Source of the DNA: Enoplolaimus lenunculus | Taxonomy: Eukaryota | Length of the DNA stretch: 64,000 nucleotides | Direction: 5' to 3' | Assembly (NCBI GenBank): GCA_030248215.1 | Contig: JASANG010004046.1 | Location: forward strand, 434,001 to 498,000 | Position numbers and translations under genes: made by a program | In this document: positions 14,501-27,544 of the stretch, piece by piece | Layout: each line of letters opens with the position of its first letter | How positions within the stretch are numbered: the stretch's first letter is position 1 | Notes under the pieces: generated by a model | What the model was told of the DNA's origin: nothing | Seen by the model: the letters and a program-made list of their open reading frames with translations, nothing else | Database searches by the model: none

Positions 14501-17500
14501 AATTTACACAGTAGTTTTGTAATTTAAAGCAGTTGTTTGAAGTATTCTTTAAGTAACAATAAAGTTTTGTTTTCTTAGCGTTTAGGGCCCTACATATGTC
14601 TAATTTCACTAGAATGAGCACCCTTGCGATGATTAAAACATTATTCAAAATTTAAGTTTAAAATCTTTTTAAGATTGGGCCCCCTTCTAAAGGGTGGGCC
14701 CCTCAAACGAGGAATATGAGGGATGGGGTGCTGTTCCGGAACTGAATTTGAAATCAAGAAAATGATATTTGTAAAATATTGTATTTTAAGATTTCTCATA
14801 ACGTTTCAGGCTTTCTCAAATCTGCCCTAATGTCGAAAAATACACAAAGGTACGTCGTTTCGTTTGATATGTTTTTCTATTCGTTACAGTTGCATTTTAC
14901 ATAACTTTCACGCCTGTTTGGAAATTTAATGTAGGATTAGTATTGGAGAAGAAGTGGCGTGATATTCCAGCAAAATTCTGAGATATAAGGCCGTTGGCAA
15001 AAAAATTACAAAAAGCGTACTTTTTAGCGCGAATGTTTTATTTAATCTTAAGGGTAAAATCGATTTAGAACAGAGTCTTCAAAAAATAAGTTTAGGCCGA
15101 AAGGTTAAAACTTGTAATTTGATGTGATTTGACATAACAGTAATGCGATGCGGACACTTGCACACCTAAAATGCGATATGTTTTTTAGAATTGTAAAAGG
15201 GCAGTTTAGGAATTTTTTAGCCCTTACACAATACCCCATTATTTACGTTTAGGCTTAGGCTTGGGTTAAGGCTTTGGGTTAGGCTGAGATTTAGGTAAAG
15301 GCTTGCCTATGCCTGGTCAAGCCTAAGTCTTTCTCTATTGTGCTTAATCCTATACCAAAACCTAAGCCTAAGCCCAACCCTAAACCTAAACTCAAGTGTA
15401 TGCCTAAACTAAACCTAATTCTAAGCCTATTAATTCACTAATTATGTATAGTGGCGGATCCAGGATCTCAAAATGGGGGGGGGCAAAATTCACAGGTAAT
15501 AAACTTATCAGGGGGTCCCCATTTTGAGTCCCAATTAATAGGAGTCGTATCCCGAATAAGAGTCCGTAAGCGGGTAGAGTACGTAAACCCTTGTTAGAGT
15601 CCATAAACGTCTATTATCCCTAATTGTAGCGCATAAATGACTCCAGGGCCAAATAAAGGCGAGTTCGAAACTTTAAAGCGTGCTTATACTATTGTCTATA
15701 AAACATTGAAATAAACAGCGTAGAACAGCAATTGACACTATATAATTTTTGTCGAGATGCTGTTGGGGGCACGACCGGGGTGGCCCCCCATGGAACCGCC
15801 ATTAATTATGTAAGCTGAAAACTTTTCTGTTAGGGAAGCTCGCAACGAAAAGATGTTTACTTCATATAGGATAACAAGTGACATGATTAGTGGGCCTCAA
15901 AATGATTTTCGACATACTGGGCACGTCGGATCAGACGGGTCATGGTTTGGTTCGTTGACTGCAGTCGAACCGCCGTCTCAATTGTCTCGCCTGCAACAAC
16001 AACACCGGCACGGCAACATTGGCAACCCTGAAATTTCTGAACCAAATGGAGCGACAAAGTTGCCCTACCAGCATCATACAGGTTGGTTAGACAATATTTC
16101 CAAATTGGTTTTTATGCCTGTCTGGGTTCATGGGATCCGCCGCAACATTGCTCGAGCTGTACAAGTAGGGCTTTTGAATGAAACGCAGATGTATGGATTA
16201 CACTGCGATGCTACTAAGTAATAGTGTTATTCTACAGACAAACACACACATATATAGGTATAATATATACATATATATATAAATTGGTTAAGAAACCTAG
16301 GGGGTGTAGATACGGCCTTCGGCGTATTCCTGCCAGCGCCCATACCTAAATCTGCAACCAAGTGGGAACGGACAATATTGTTAAACCGGTGGAAAACACT
16401 GTTGGCCACGCTTATCGAAAAAGTTAATTTTTTTCGCCTTTAATGAAATAAAATTGCGTCTACCAGCTAATAAGAAATGGTTTCATGCACGAAAATATTC
16501 ATGAGCGTAGCCAGGGGTTCCTGTGTTGCAAATAGAAACCGTGACTAAAAACCCCAGCGCAAAAATCTCATCAAGGGGACAGAGTTTGACCCCTTAAATC
16601 TCTCGTCCTGGCTATGTTGTTGAATGTGTCCAATTTTTCAGTTTGTGCGGCAAATTCAAACGGGACAACTCGAAGTGGAAGTTTTCAATTTTTGCATTGC
16701 AACGACACTGATTTGAGCCAAATTAGCCCCGACGGAAGCCAGAGTAAACCAGGTACATATATGATCTTATCTTGAATTGTGTGTTTAGTTGAACGGTAGC
16801 AAGCCTATCAGAACCAGATCTAGGAATTGAAGGGGCAAAAAAATTTGTTTATACCGCATGAACAGTTTGCGCAGAGTGACTCACGGCTAGCTGAGGATCC
16901 AAAAATTTTTGTGTGACTTGGAGGAATTACCCTAGTCTCCGTCCTCCTTTTATCGCCTGTCAATACTGGACTTTGGCTTGGGTTTGATTTTTTAGCCTTA
17001 GACTTGACCTTAAACCTAAGTATAGAAATGAACTAACGCGTTAGACTCAGCTACACCTTAATAGAATTGAAATATATTGTAATAGTTACAGACTGTGTTA
17101 AAATTCGTTGTTTGCAATCACATATTCATCTTTACAATGAGTTTCGTAACGAACCCTTGGATTAATCTTGTCTTATTGTATTCAAAAAATTGGAAAGAAA
17201 ATATATATTCAAACCTATCTAACCTTGGTTAAGCTAGCAATACAATACCAGGCATAGGTTTAAACCAAACTAGTCAAAGTGGTTGCAATATTTGAAACGC
17301 TAAAATCACTGATTTACGTATATATTTAATTTATTTACCTATATAAATTGCAATTTAAATACTCAAATATAAATACGTTCGGCATTGTAAGTTTAATTAT
17401 GCAAAATTATTTCAGAAGGTACCAGTTTGCAGTTAGAATCTGCAAGCGCCAGTTTTGGCCGACGCGGTTTACCTCATTTTAACAGACCACGGCGCCCACG

Positions 17501-20500
17501 GCTACCTATTCCACGATTTCCAGGCGTGCATCGTGGTGTAAGTAGCAGTAGCACAAGCCGATCACCGTCAAGTCCTCATAGACCTCTGAACGGTTTATCC
17601 CGTTCACAAAATCCAACTGCTGAATCGACGGAACCAGATAAACAAGATAATAACGCCAAATTTGTGGTAGGTTGGGTATTCATCAGTAATTGTATCAAAA
17701 ATGAAACGCTATTGTAAATCGTTTCATGTTTAAAACAACATCGTTTAAAAATTAAAACAACGCTTGCAGACGCTGCCAGACGCTGCCAGATGGCGACTTG
17801 CGCCGCCGGACGCCTTCGCTCCGCGCCATGAAATAGATTTTGCCTATGGCAACGGATAGCGGCGTTGGGCAGAGCGTGACGGCGTGCATCAGCGCACAGC
17901 CGCGTCTGGCATAGTAAAGTATAGCACGACCCTAGTAACTATTCCTCAATTTCACTGTAAATCAAAAAATATTAATTTGGTCAGTTAAAACAATTGAAAG
18001 AAAGCTTGTCCACAGTAATCGGTCCGTATTTTCAAACAATATTTTAGAACTGCTGCATCGGGCAACAAGATACACAGCCATCGCTGTTCGACGAAATATT
18101 TAGTGCCCTGGAAACTAAAAATCCTGCTCTGGCAAAAGATGTCAATTTTATTCGTTGTCCGAACACAATCACAGCGCCGTGCTCACAACCGCCGCAAGCT
18201 CCGCAAATCTACAACGTCTTGCACGCCGCGGAACAGCCTGTTGAGTAAGTTGATTTTCGAAATTTGAAGTTAAAGTTCAATTCATCCGCTACTTTTTACT
18301 TTCCTTCCCCATACGAGAGTTAATTTATAATAGAAGGTGAACGTCTGCTACAGTGTTTATCTTAGTACATTATCACACTATTAGGCTATAGGGCTCAGGT
18401 TCAGGCATCAGGCTTTTAAACATAGGCTTTTTCTCCGGCTTTGACTTATATTCAGACTCAGGTTTGTTATGTGTGCGGGAAAAGTTTATTGGGGGAAGGA
18501 AACAAATACCCCTCTAAAGACTTAACAAATTTATATCTATTTATTAATACTGATATGCTAGTTGATACTAACTTAAAACCAAAACCTTATATACGTAAGT
18601 AAAGAGTTTTGCAGCAGCCAAGAACAGTTCTAAAATTTCTGATTACTTTCTTCGGAACATTTTATTTTCTCGGTAGTGTGTTACATTTCTAGACAATCAG
18701 CAGGCAAAACACTACTACTACTGCCAACATTACAGGTGCAACAGAAATTATACTCGGAACCGTATAGCAAGACAAGAATACTTAATTTTTTACCGAAACA
18801 GGATCCCGAGAAATATCACATTTTTAGCGTGTAAATCTGGTGGGGGTTGAGTGATCCCGAAATCTCCTTAAATCCGTCATTGTTTTTGGAGCATTGCACC
18901 AAAACTCCTGGGCTGTGTTCAAATTATTGTTGAGGCTTATTTAATAATAATAATGGCAGATTTTGTTGCTAAAAGGCTGGACCCAATTTTATAACTATTA
19001 CTGTGGATTCAAGAACTCACATTCTGAAATGTGTGTAGCACTTATCACCAATTCCCGATATGTCTTGCATCAATTCAATCAGTCAGTGTTGGGTGTCAGC
19101 GTATTTTTCACATTTGATTTGTACTGCTTCTGTACTAATTTTGAAATCTGTCATTGCACGAGACTGTCACTTTGAAAACATACCGCTAACAGGTATTAGG
19201 TGCTATACACAATTGAGAATACGGTCATGGTATATTGATAATCAATTGCATTTCAGAAAATGTGCCACAAACAATGCTAAAACTAGTTCTGTGCAGCATG
19301 ATGATACTGCACAGTTAGCGGAACAAAAAATATTTACGAACGAAGAATACAATCAGAACTTCGAAAACGGTACCGAAAACTCGCCGGATCCTGAAAAATC
19401 ACCGCTGTAAGAATCATTTTATTTTAAACTGGTTCAAAAACCGCACTAACGCTTTGGAACTAGTGTGGGAAAAATTAACGTAAAATACTGAAACGGTTGT
19501 TATATTGGAGATACGGCCAATGTATAGAACAGGACCGTAACAGTGGTATAAGCCTATTCCTACGCTTAAGCCTAAGCGTATACATAAGCATAAGAATGAG
19601 CTTAGACATAAGCGTAAACCTAAGCCTAAGTCCAAGCAAAAAATAGTTTATCCTGCAGAAAAACTTTCCGCCCTTGATATTTACATGGGTTTTAGACACA
19701 ACAGCCAAACTAATTCCAATCTAAGAAATGCAAAATGATGATATCGCGTTCGAACGTTGGCACATAAAATCTGTTGCTATTCCTGTTGCATTTGAAAAGC
19801 CCAATTCACGCTATGTTTCTGCAGCCGTCGTTGAATATTTTTAATAAACATGGTATAACATATTCAAATGGGAAGTTAGGTTTTTAATTGAGAGGGGTAT
19901 AGGCAGCGAGAAGTTACTGTAAGGGTTGAGTTTGAAGGATTCGTTAGCGAAGTAAATACAAAACTATTCACGATTTTAAAATTAGTGTGGCAAAATTAAT
20001 TATTTAAAGATAGTAAACTGAAAATTTTTCGCTTAACCCTTTCTCACATGAATATTTTCTATTTCCCTTGAGACTTACTTTTATGCTAGTTTTCGAACTC
20101 CAGTGACTGGAGCGGGAGGCGTATACCATCACCACTCAGCTATAGGAGCTTGACGCTCGAGCCCGAGGGGGCTCTCACGTCTTGTGGTGATTTAGTACTA
20201 TGTATACGTGTTGAAATTGTTAAACACGGAGCGATATATACTATTTAACGTATATACACTGCGCTGAGTTGCCTACAGGCATTTTGCACATTCAAAGCAT
20301 GCTATTTATAAATATTTCAATACTTTAAGATTTATAAATCTTTCCGAAGGCGTAAAAAGTTTTCTAAAATCAGGTTACTTCCGCACTACTATGGTAGCCG
20401 TTTAGCTAGAAAATATAATATTATGACCTTCGTATGAACGATTTGAGTCGCAAAATATTCAGCATGACATTGCTCGCAAACAAGGACATATTTCGGAATC

Positions 20501-23469
20501 CGCCCCTTGATCCAAGCTACTTACTAATCAGCGAAGCGTTTAGCTAACAAATAGCTGATAATATATAAAAATTGCACGTATAATTTTGCAGGAATCGCTA
20601 TTTTACCAAACAACAAGACGCAGTTGCAGTGCAGAATATAGTAGTTGCATCAAGTATTAAACCAGTTCAATTAACAGCAAACAAACAAAATCGAGCCCTG
20701 GGGGCCACTCGAGAAGACACACCGCTCAAGGAGGCACGTTTACTTGCTGAGTTACCCGAAAAACATCACACGCCGTTGCTAGCCACCCAAAACTTAATCC
20801 TTCAAGCAAGCTGTTGTTCTGAAAGCGAATCAGATCGAAAAATGATACACGATACTGAAAATGAATTATCGCGCGAACATTTTGCTAACTTATGGGCTCA
20901 AAATCATTTTCAAGCCATCGACCGGGCGGCCCCGTCAGGCTCACAAGTCGGCGCCGAACACGATAGTAAATTTGCAATACCAGCTGCGGTACGTGAACCG
21001 CATGCTAGTGACGCAAACATGGGATCACTGCTATACCCACGAAGCAATTCTTGTATTCCGAGTTACTTGGAGCCAGATGGGTACGCCACAGTAGGAGTTC
21101 CTGATGAGAAATTTTTGGAACGAGAATCGCGAACAACAAAAGCATTGGTACAGACTAAGTATGTCGGATCTGGGAATGAAACAGAACCTGAGGCTGATAT
21201 CCGAATTGTGCTGAAACCGAAAAATTCACACTCTGTCGAACCTCAAAGTTTAGCGTCGATGTTATCTTCTTCGCTGCCGTTGGACCCGGAAAAACCATGT
21301 CGAATAAAGGCTCCGACCCGTCGAATATCAAGAGCTCTGACAGCTTCAAGCAGTTCAAGTGACGCATCCAGGTCTCGGGGATCCAGTGTTAGCTCTAACA
21401 CAGCTCGAGAATTAACATCAGTAGTGTCTGCGATCCAAGCATTTGAACGACAGATAAACGACGAACACTTTCAACAACAATACGACAAATCAAAAACTGC
21501 AATATCAGTTGTGGAAACCGCTAGCGGAGCGTCGGTAATGAAACCGCAGCAACGCCAAGATCAAACGCAAAAGCCAACCAAAGGTAGCAGCTTAGCAAAG
21601 AACCGAAGTTGTTATCAAATGGTGCAACCGCGACCTGAAGACGTCGATTCACTAAATTTTGATAACTCAAGTGCAGAAAATTTACTGCGGAATTGGCAAA
21701 ATCCAACTCAAAACGCTGCCAGCACAACTGAAACACGTTTCGATAACCAAAAACATGTTTCGCCATTGTCAAACAATTTCAAAACCATCCAATCACATTC
21801 AAGATCGAACACAGGTTTCCCGAATTTCCAATCCAAATGCACCGTTGCGAACGGAACGGCAGCTGATTCACAGACGAACGTCACACGAAGCCAAGACGCA
21901 AAGAATTTTAGCCAATGGCCGACGGCGAACAACAACGAGAGGGCCAGTCGAGAGACGTCGAGTAGTCGTGAATTAACCAATCTCAATACGCCGTCGATAT
22001 CAACACTCAGCCAATCTCAGATACCAAACGACGCCAACAAAAACACTGATTGGTTGAACGAAATCGTCAAGTATCCAATCAAAACGACCGGTGTCAAAAC
22101 GCAAACGAAAAGCGGAGATATTTGCGATAGAATTCGAGAGTCGAATCAAGGAATAATTTTACGAAACGATGATACTAAGGAAGAAAATAACGAAGAAGAA
22201 GAAGAAGATGCGAATCCATTACGGTTACTTCAACATTGTGGAGGCGCAGCAATAGTAAGAAGTTTTCGACGAAGCTCAAGCAGCGTAGGAACACCGGGTC
22301 AGGCTGGACGTGGAAAATATGTTAGCGCACATCAACGTTATCGTAGTGGCACTGAAAAATTGTCACCTCGGTCGACTGGAAAAGTAATTTCACGATCTCA
22401 GTCAAACGCTGAAAGTAACGGCAAACGTCCGCGAAAACATGGCGGTTACATTGCAGGTGTTGCAGATATTAAACAATCAAGCAAACGATCAGCGTTCACT
22501 GTACTTCGAATCACAGAAGAAGAAAATCGAAAACCAGAATGCAGCAATGGCGACAACGTCGCTCATATTAATGGAATGATGACCAGAAGTTTGTCGGCAG
22601 CCGTGGACAATAGACCTGTACGTTCTGCAGACCGTGACTGCAAGGAAAACTTGAGTTTTTCGGGACCCCAAGTGCTGTCAGAACAAATTAGGTTTGAAGG
22701 CTTCAGTGGCGAAGATTCGGGAATATTCAGTTGTGGTGCAAGTGAAAATCCAGCAACACCTTGGGAGTTTTCGACGTTGGCCCAAGATGATACGTATGAA
22801 AATATATTTGATCATCCGTATACGAGTTTAATCGAAGAATGTGAATCGTTTGTCAGCCAATGTCAGAGCAAATCTCAAACGCCGGCATCCACGCAGATTC
22901 GGCTAAATCCACCAATTGCAGAAACCCTCGTTCACATCGAACCCTCGCGTAGATATCGTACAGCCCAACTGAGTTTCCAAAACTCAACTTCTCCTTTTGC
23001 TGCACAAATAATGACAGAAACTAGAAATGACATAGCTAGTCGAAGCAAAAGTCCAGTAATGGATCGGTATTCAGCAATATCAAGTACAATTTTGAGACGA
23101 ACAACGCCAGCTTCAAGCGCAATACAACTGAGCCCCACACGACCTGCTCAAATTATTAACTCGACCTCGTTGAAATATTCAACCCCTTTGCACTCAGCTG
23201 AGAGTAGCTCTGTTTCAAGCTCTACGTCCGATAGTTACAAAGAAATGTCCCCGTCACCCATTTTACCGAATAAAACCTTCCAGTCAGCGGTCGTAGGAGA
23301 ACCAAGGCTAACGATTTCAAATTTTCACTTTCCAGACTCAAAGTCTAGTCATACAGTAACATCCGACAAAACTGCCAATGGACACGATGATGAACAACAA
23401 GGCAACAGCAGTTCATTGAGCTCAATATTAATAGCGAAGTTTGATCAAATTTCTAAAGCGGCCACTTGA
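11255..23469 (+). CDS. Ack-like (PR2/ARK-1 type) SH3-CRIB protein, spliced gene; kinase domain not found in window
   Basis: Exons 11255-11533, 12181-12281, 13642-13907, 14810-14849, 15870-16081, 16642-16752, 17416-17666, 18048-18244, 19257-19406 and 20592-23469 are all GT-AG and phase-compatible (0,2,1,2,1,1,0,2,2). They give one 4485-nt frame ending TGA, encoding SH3, then CRIB, then a long low-complexity tail. First in-frame ATG is at 11387; the 5' end is uncertain. Confidence 0.8.
12181..12281 (+). CDS. Ack-like gene exon, SH3 N-terminal half
   Basis: cattttag|...at|gtaagt. AIPERVQCIRDAKHEDPNELDYKCGDVITIINR matches the SH3 RT-loop pattern ELxFxxGDxI. Confidence 0.85.
13642..13907 (+). CDS. 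Ack-like gene exon, SH3 C-terminal half plus linker
   Basis: ttgtag|...a|gtaagt. Reads VSDHPSGEYWLGAKC...VVVGLFRPWDTIKY, containing the SH3 WxG and GLFxP motifs. Confidence 0.85.
14810..14849 (+). CDS. Ack-like gene 40-nt exon
   Basis: tttcag|gc...ag|gtacgt; phase 1 to 2, exactly what is needed to link its neighbours (FLKSALMSKNTQR). Confidence 0.8.
15248..15428. repeat. Inverted pair of degenerate TTAGGC/GCCTAA telomere-like tracts
   Basis: tttaggcttaggcttgggttaagg ... cctaagcctaagcccaaccctaaacctaaa; similar tracts at ~4003-4066 and 59090-59135. Confidence 0.7.
15449..15804. mobile_element. hAT-like MITE (TAGTGGCGGATCC ends)
   Basis: Perfect 8-bp TSD attatgta; relative at 9607-9787. An internal segment is shared with 28793-28940. 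Confidence 0.8.
15870..16081 (+). CDS. Ack-like gene exon, CRIB (Cdc42/Rac-binding) motif
   Basis: ITSDMISGPQNDFRHTGHVGSDGSWFG matches the CRIB consensus ISxPxxxFxHxxHVG. Confidence 0.9.
16642..16752 (+). CDS. Ack-like gene internal exon
   Basis: tttttcag|...cag|gtacat, 111 nt open, phase 1/1. Confidence 0.75.
17416..17666 (+). CDS. Ack-like gene internal exon, Pro/Arg/Ser-rich (RPRRPRLPIPR)
   Basis: tttcag|...gtg|gtaggt, phase 1 to 0; overlaps ORF 17427-17717. Confidence 0.8.
18048..18244 (+). CDS. Ack-like gene internal exon with PSLFDEIFSAL motif
   Basis: attttag|...ga|gtaagt, phase 0 to 2, open frame. Confidence 0.8.
19257..19406 (+). CDS. Ack-like gene internal exon
   Basis: tttcag|...ct|gtaaga, 150 nt, phase 2/2. 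Confidence 0.75.
20033..20280 (-). mobile_element. piggyBac-like MITE, copy 4 (one end truncated), in last intron of the Ack-like gene
   Basis: Reverse complement of the 55721 family with one TTAA-CCCT end intact. Confidence 0.8.
20592..23469 (+). CDS. Ack-like gene terminal exon, ~959 codons, Ser/Thr/Asn-rich and probably disordered
   Basis: ttttgcag acceptor in frame with the 946-aa ORF 20629-23469; contains EEEEEDANPLRLL. Confidence 0.9.
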
Positions 23470-24427
23470 AATCATTTACTATCATAAATGTGATTTGAAT
23501 GTTTTTGGCTAAGACCAAAGCTCGCATTGGTTGGCACAAGGGACTTAATCAAGAGTTCAAACCATCAGATCATTTCTGTTGATTTTCTCAGTTGAATTAT
23601 TAATTGTTTAATATTGATAATATGCTATATACCGGCGTATCGAAGAAGGGCATAGGATATATCTCTGTAAAATTATACAGATACGAGAAAAAAGCACTCA
23701 TATAAGTGTTTATACTAAATAAGATGATGCCTACAAATTAAAAAAATCGTTTCAACTGCTTTCGCAACGTTGCTCATTCAGTTTATCTCATCTGAACTTA
23801 ATGTTGTCGTGTTTAGTTTTACCCATTTTTTAAAAATTCCAAGGTTTTACTCGTACAACACATGTATTCCGGTTGAACTTTGAAATTTTTGTCCGTTGTT
23901 ATAATTTGTGCGTTTCAAAATGATGCAAATCTGTAAGAAAATCTTGCCGTTTTTCAGATAAGATCATGGTCTTCCGAGAAGACAGTTGATTTTGGTATTT
24001 CGTTTAGCACCGGAGTGGATGTTTGAAGGAATGCTCCCTGATGACCGCAGGGGCAAAATCTCGATTAGAACTATAGAAATTACCACAGATTAGTGGTAAT
24101 CTAGTACTAACTCACACGCGATCGCGTATGAGTCTAAGTTTCCTGGAAATTTATGATTTTATACCAAAAGCAGTAGAAAGTTTTCAAAAAGTCACTTTGA
24201 AAAGCAACCTTCAAATTCCAATGCCAAACAAACAGATAAATTTTACATAACCAACCCGTGGATCCGGGAAGGTTATTTCTAACAAAGCCAATATACACAT
24301 TCTTGAAAATTATCTTAAACGTACTAAAACGCTATTCAGATCACAAAATTTTATGTCGATGTCGAATCAACATGGGACAAAACGTGTTACGGAATGCCCC
24401 AGTTATAACGTGAATCCCGCATAACCT

Positions 24428-25225
24428 TGTTAGAATGGCCAATATCCATACAGAATAGTAACGGTGACCCCGTTATAGTTACTTAGCTGCGTTTTCCCGG
24501 TGCCTCCTGAATTTACCCAATTTATTCCATAAAACCACAGCACCCCGTGCTGTACAATCACAATCGCTCTATGCGCGAACCAGATAAAATACATCCGTGG
24601 AAAATATTAGATTTAGACAACTTCAAGATCCACTAACTCGCTAGCGTGTAGATTCTATTAAGCCGTAATATCAGGAACGTAAACTGTAAACTCGAAAAAA
24701 CACCGCAATCACAACTGTGTCTAAGATCATACTGAATACAGGCCCTGGCTACTCCATAGGTATCTCGACCTCATTTGCATGTCAACCGACACCCACAAGT
24801 GAGTGTCCGCCAACCTCTGCAAACCAGGTCGACACACCTCTACAACACTCAACCCACAACAATAATCCTAGACACGCATATTGGGTGCTGACATAGCCTA
24901 GCTATGTCCTTAACCGCAAAAATAGCCGTATTCAAATGCAATATTATTCAATGGCCGTGCAACGCCCCAGGTAAGTTTACATTGCGGACGCAGCCGCCAC
25001 AGCATAAATTTATGTTCTAACCACCTTCTAGCAACGCCTAAGGCTAACATAAGTTTTCTAAGAGAGACTAGGTGAAGCCGGCGACTCCTGTAAGGTCTGG
25101 TTTTATAGGGTTTAGTTTTATTTTATGTTTTAGTTTTTAGTATGAAATATGGTTTGAGTGTGGCACAGCCACCTACAGGGAGTATATTTTATATATTTTA
25201 CTATTAAATGTAGTTTTCTCTAACA
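24428..25225. mobile_element. Possible solo LTR
   Basis: TGTTAGA...TCTAACA ends and a composition distinct from the flanks; no TSD found. Confidence 0.3.
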
Positions 25226-27544
25226 AGCAGCTCCTGAAAGGATCAGGAAGACGGGGTACGCAAATGATATCGTTTGGTAAAAATCACTACGAAAAATATT
25301 ATGGGTGCTTAGATTGCTTACATTGTACTTTGGTGCAGAATTGTGTGCAGTTTTTAAACTACACTTTACTTTCAACGTTTAGTCGATAGCCGCTCATGGT
25401 TGAGCTTGCGAAGAATACGCTTGGAAAGGGAATCAACCGGGCAAAGTAAATACACTATGAGCAATGTCGGGGGAGACTAAACGGATAAAGAATTAAATCA
25501 GGACGGATGTTTACTCTTTCAGCCTCTTTCTTACGGCTAAGAAAGGACAATACGACATCATTAAAATTATAAGTGGTTCATTAAGAAATGTTAGTTTTAA
25601 AAAAACTGTACTAGAAGGAAACTGACATTTAACGCATGGACATCTAATCTTGCATGTTCGTCTGTAACTTGCTCCGTACCTGCGACTATCAAACCTGCGC
25701 AACCAAAAGGTTAACACTGTACCACAAGGCTATCAAACTTGTTAAAGAGTGGCGATCCTTGTCTTGCAATTACCGTCAGGCAGGTATGTATGCCGCTTTG
25801 TGTCGTAAATACATTTTCTGGCCTATAATTATTGAACTCACAATAAATTTCTGCTCGAAACACGCGAGTCTGCGTTTAAAATCTAAAAACATTTAAATCC
25901 GGGTAAAAGTGTTTGTTTAGTTTTGAATAACGATTGCGCTAAGTGTCAGAATGTTGGTTTACCCCCTAAGCCTCCCAGTGCCGCGTCAGAAGATGTGTTG
26001 GCCTCCCCGATCCAAATAAAATGTAAGGGGCCCCAATGAATATAAGCTTTCTTCCCAACATGCCGCCGAGCTTTTTGAAGTCCTGGCTAACGCGCTGAGT
26101 GGTGGCTGACCCAGGATTTTCAGGTGCGGGAGTATACGTACTTGTTGTATTCCGAAATTTTACAGTTCAAAAGTTCATCGTTGTTATCAATCGCGCCGAA
26201 TGCGCAAAAATATGGTAGCGTTTTAGCCTTACCATACTTTTCGCCCGTTTGGCTAGAAAACTGATTGTTAACTTCAAATACATCTCAACGACGCAGCAGC
26301 TGTTCCAAGAACGAAGATGGGGTCACATACGCTAGGCCAAAATATCTAATGAGAAACGAAACCTGGCAAGCGAAGCGAGCTATTTTGCACCTTTGCACCA
26401 AATGTGACACCCCAAGGCGCTGGCCTGAATATGCATATATCAACTGCCCACCGTTTGGGATTATAATTCTCTTTCTGGAACAGCTAAAGTTTATAAAAAG
26501 TATATAACTGTGATTTCGGTGTTTTTAGTGCGAGAATCGCTTGGTGTGGGGGGCTTGGGGGCGGCAGCCCCCTATACTGCTTAGCCATGTGTGTTTTGCT
26601 TCAGGTGTCAAGTTGACCCGTTTGGGCTTAGCAATTTTGTTAGGTATACTGTGTGCGGCTTACGTACACCTAAAAAAATTTTGCCTGCGGCTCTAGTTAC
26701 AATACAACCGGAACCCCACTAAGCTTTTGCATACGATTAAAAGTTCAAGTTACCAGTGGCTTCCTGCTTTGACTCCTGTATACCAACAAATGATTTTTAC
26801 GTATGAAACGTACACAAACAGTAATAAATGAGGGTGTAAACGGATAGTAAAAACAACGGATACGGAAACTTATAGTCATCAAAATAGACGGAAACGGAAA
26901 AAAGGATATTAAAGTATGTATCAAAGTTTCAAAAATGTTTTATTTTTTGTTAACCCAATTGAGCAGTACATTCTACTGCATATTCGCCGGTCTTTCATAT
27001 TTTCTTCATAGAAAAATGGCGGATGCATTGAAACGTTTAATATTTTGGGTGAATTTCGTAATTTTTATTTCATTTCGAACAATTGCAGCACATCAGAAAC
27101 AAACAATTGCGAATTATATACGTAATTAAACTACTTTGAACGAAAAATAACAGAATTTCCGTTATTTCTATAACGGATGCAAATTTACCGAAAACGGAAA
27201 CGTATACATCCGGTTACACCGTGCTAGTAAAATACCAGAATTAAACCAAAAAACTGAAGAACCTTCGTTAACTTAAGAACCGTCGTTTAAGAAAATTATC
27301 CAAACTTAATCTTGCAGTTGGGGTTCGTGTAACCTTTATTTCTTAAGCTAAGGTTTTTAGGCCAAAGCTTGGCGAAGAGTTAGTCAAGGCTTACAGAAGA
27401 TTAAACAAAAATTCTTGGCAATGCGTTTGGCAAAGCCTTAGCCAAAGGCTTACCCGGAGACTTAGACAAAGGACCCCAACTACGAAAATGTTCGTTCCCC
27501 TCCCCCGATCAAACAAATTTTGTATAATCTGAAAAGAGTTTGAT

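Noticed and set aside
14830..14849. ATG after a TTTCAG acceptor as the start of a stand-alone CRIB protein
   Set aside because: Upstream SH3 exons splice in frame into this exon. It remains possible only as an alternative short isoform.
18693..18735. Possible extra exon in the Ack-like gene (ttctag|...cag|gtgcaa)
   Set aside because: Weak donor, and inclusion would break the phase 2-2 join between 18244 and 19257.
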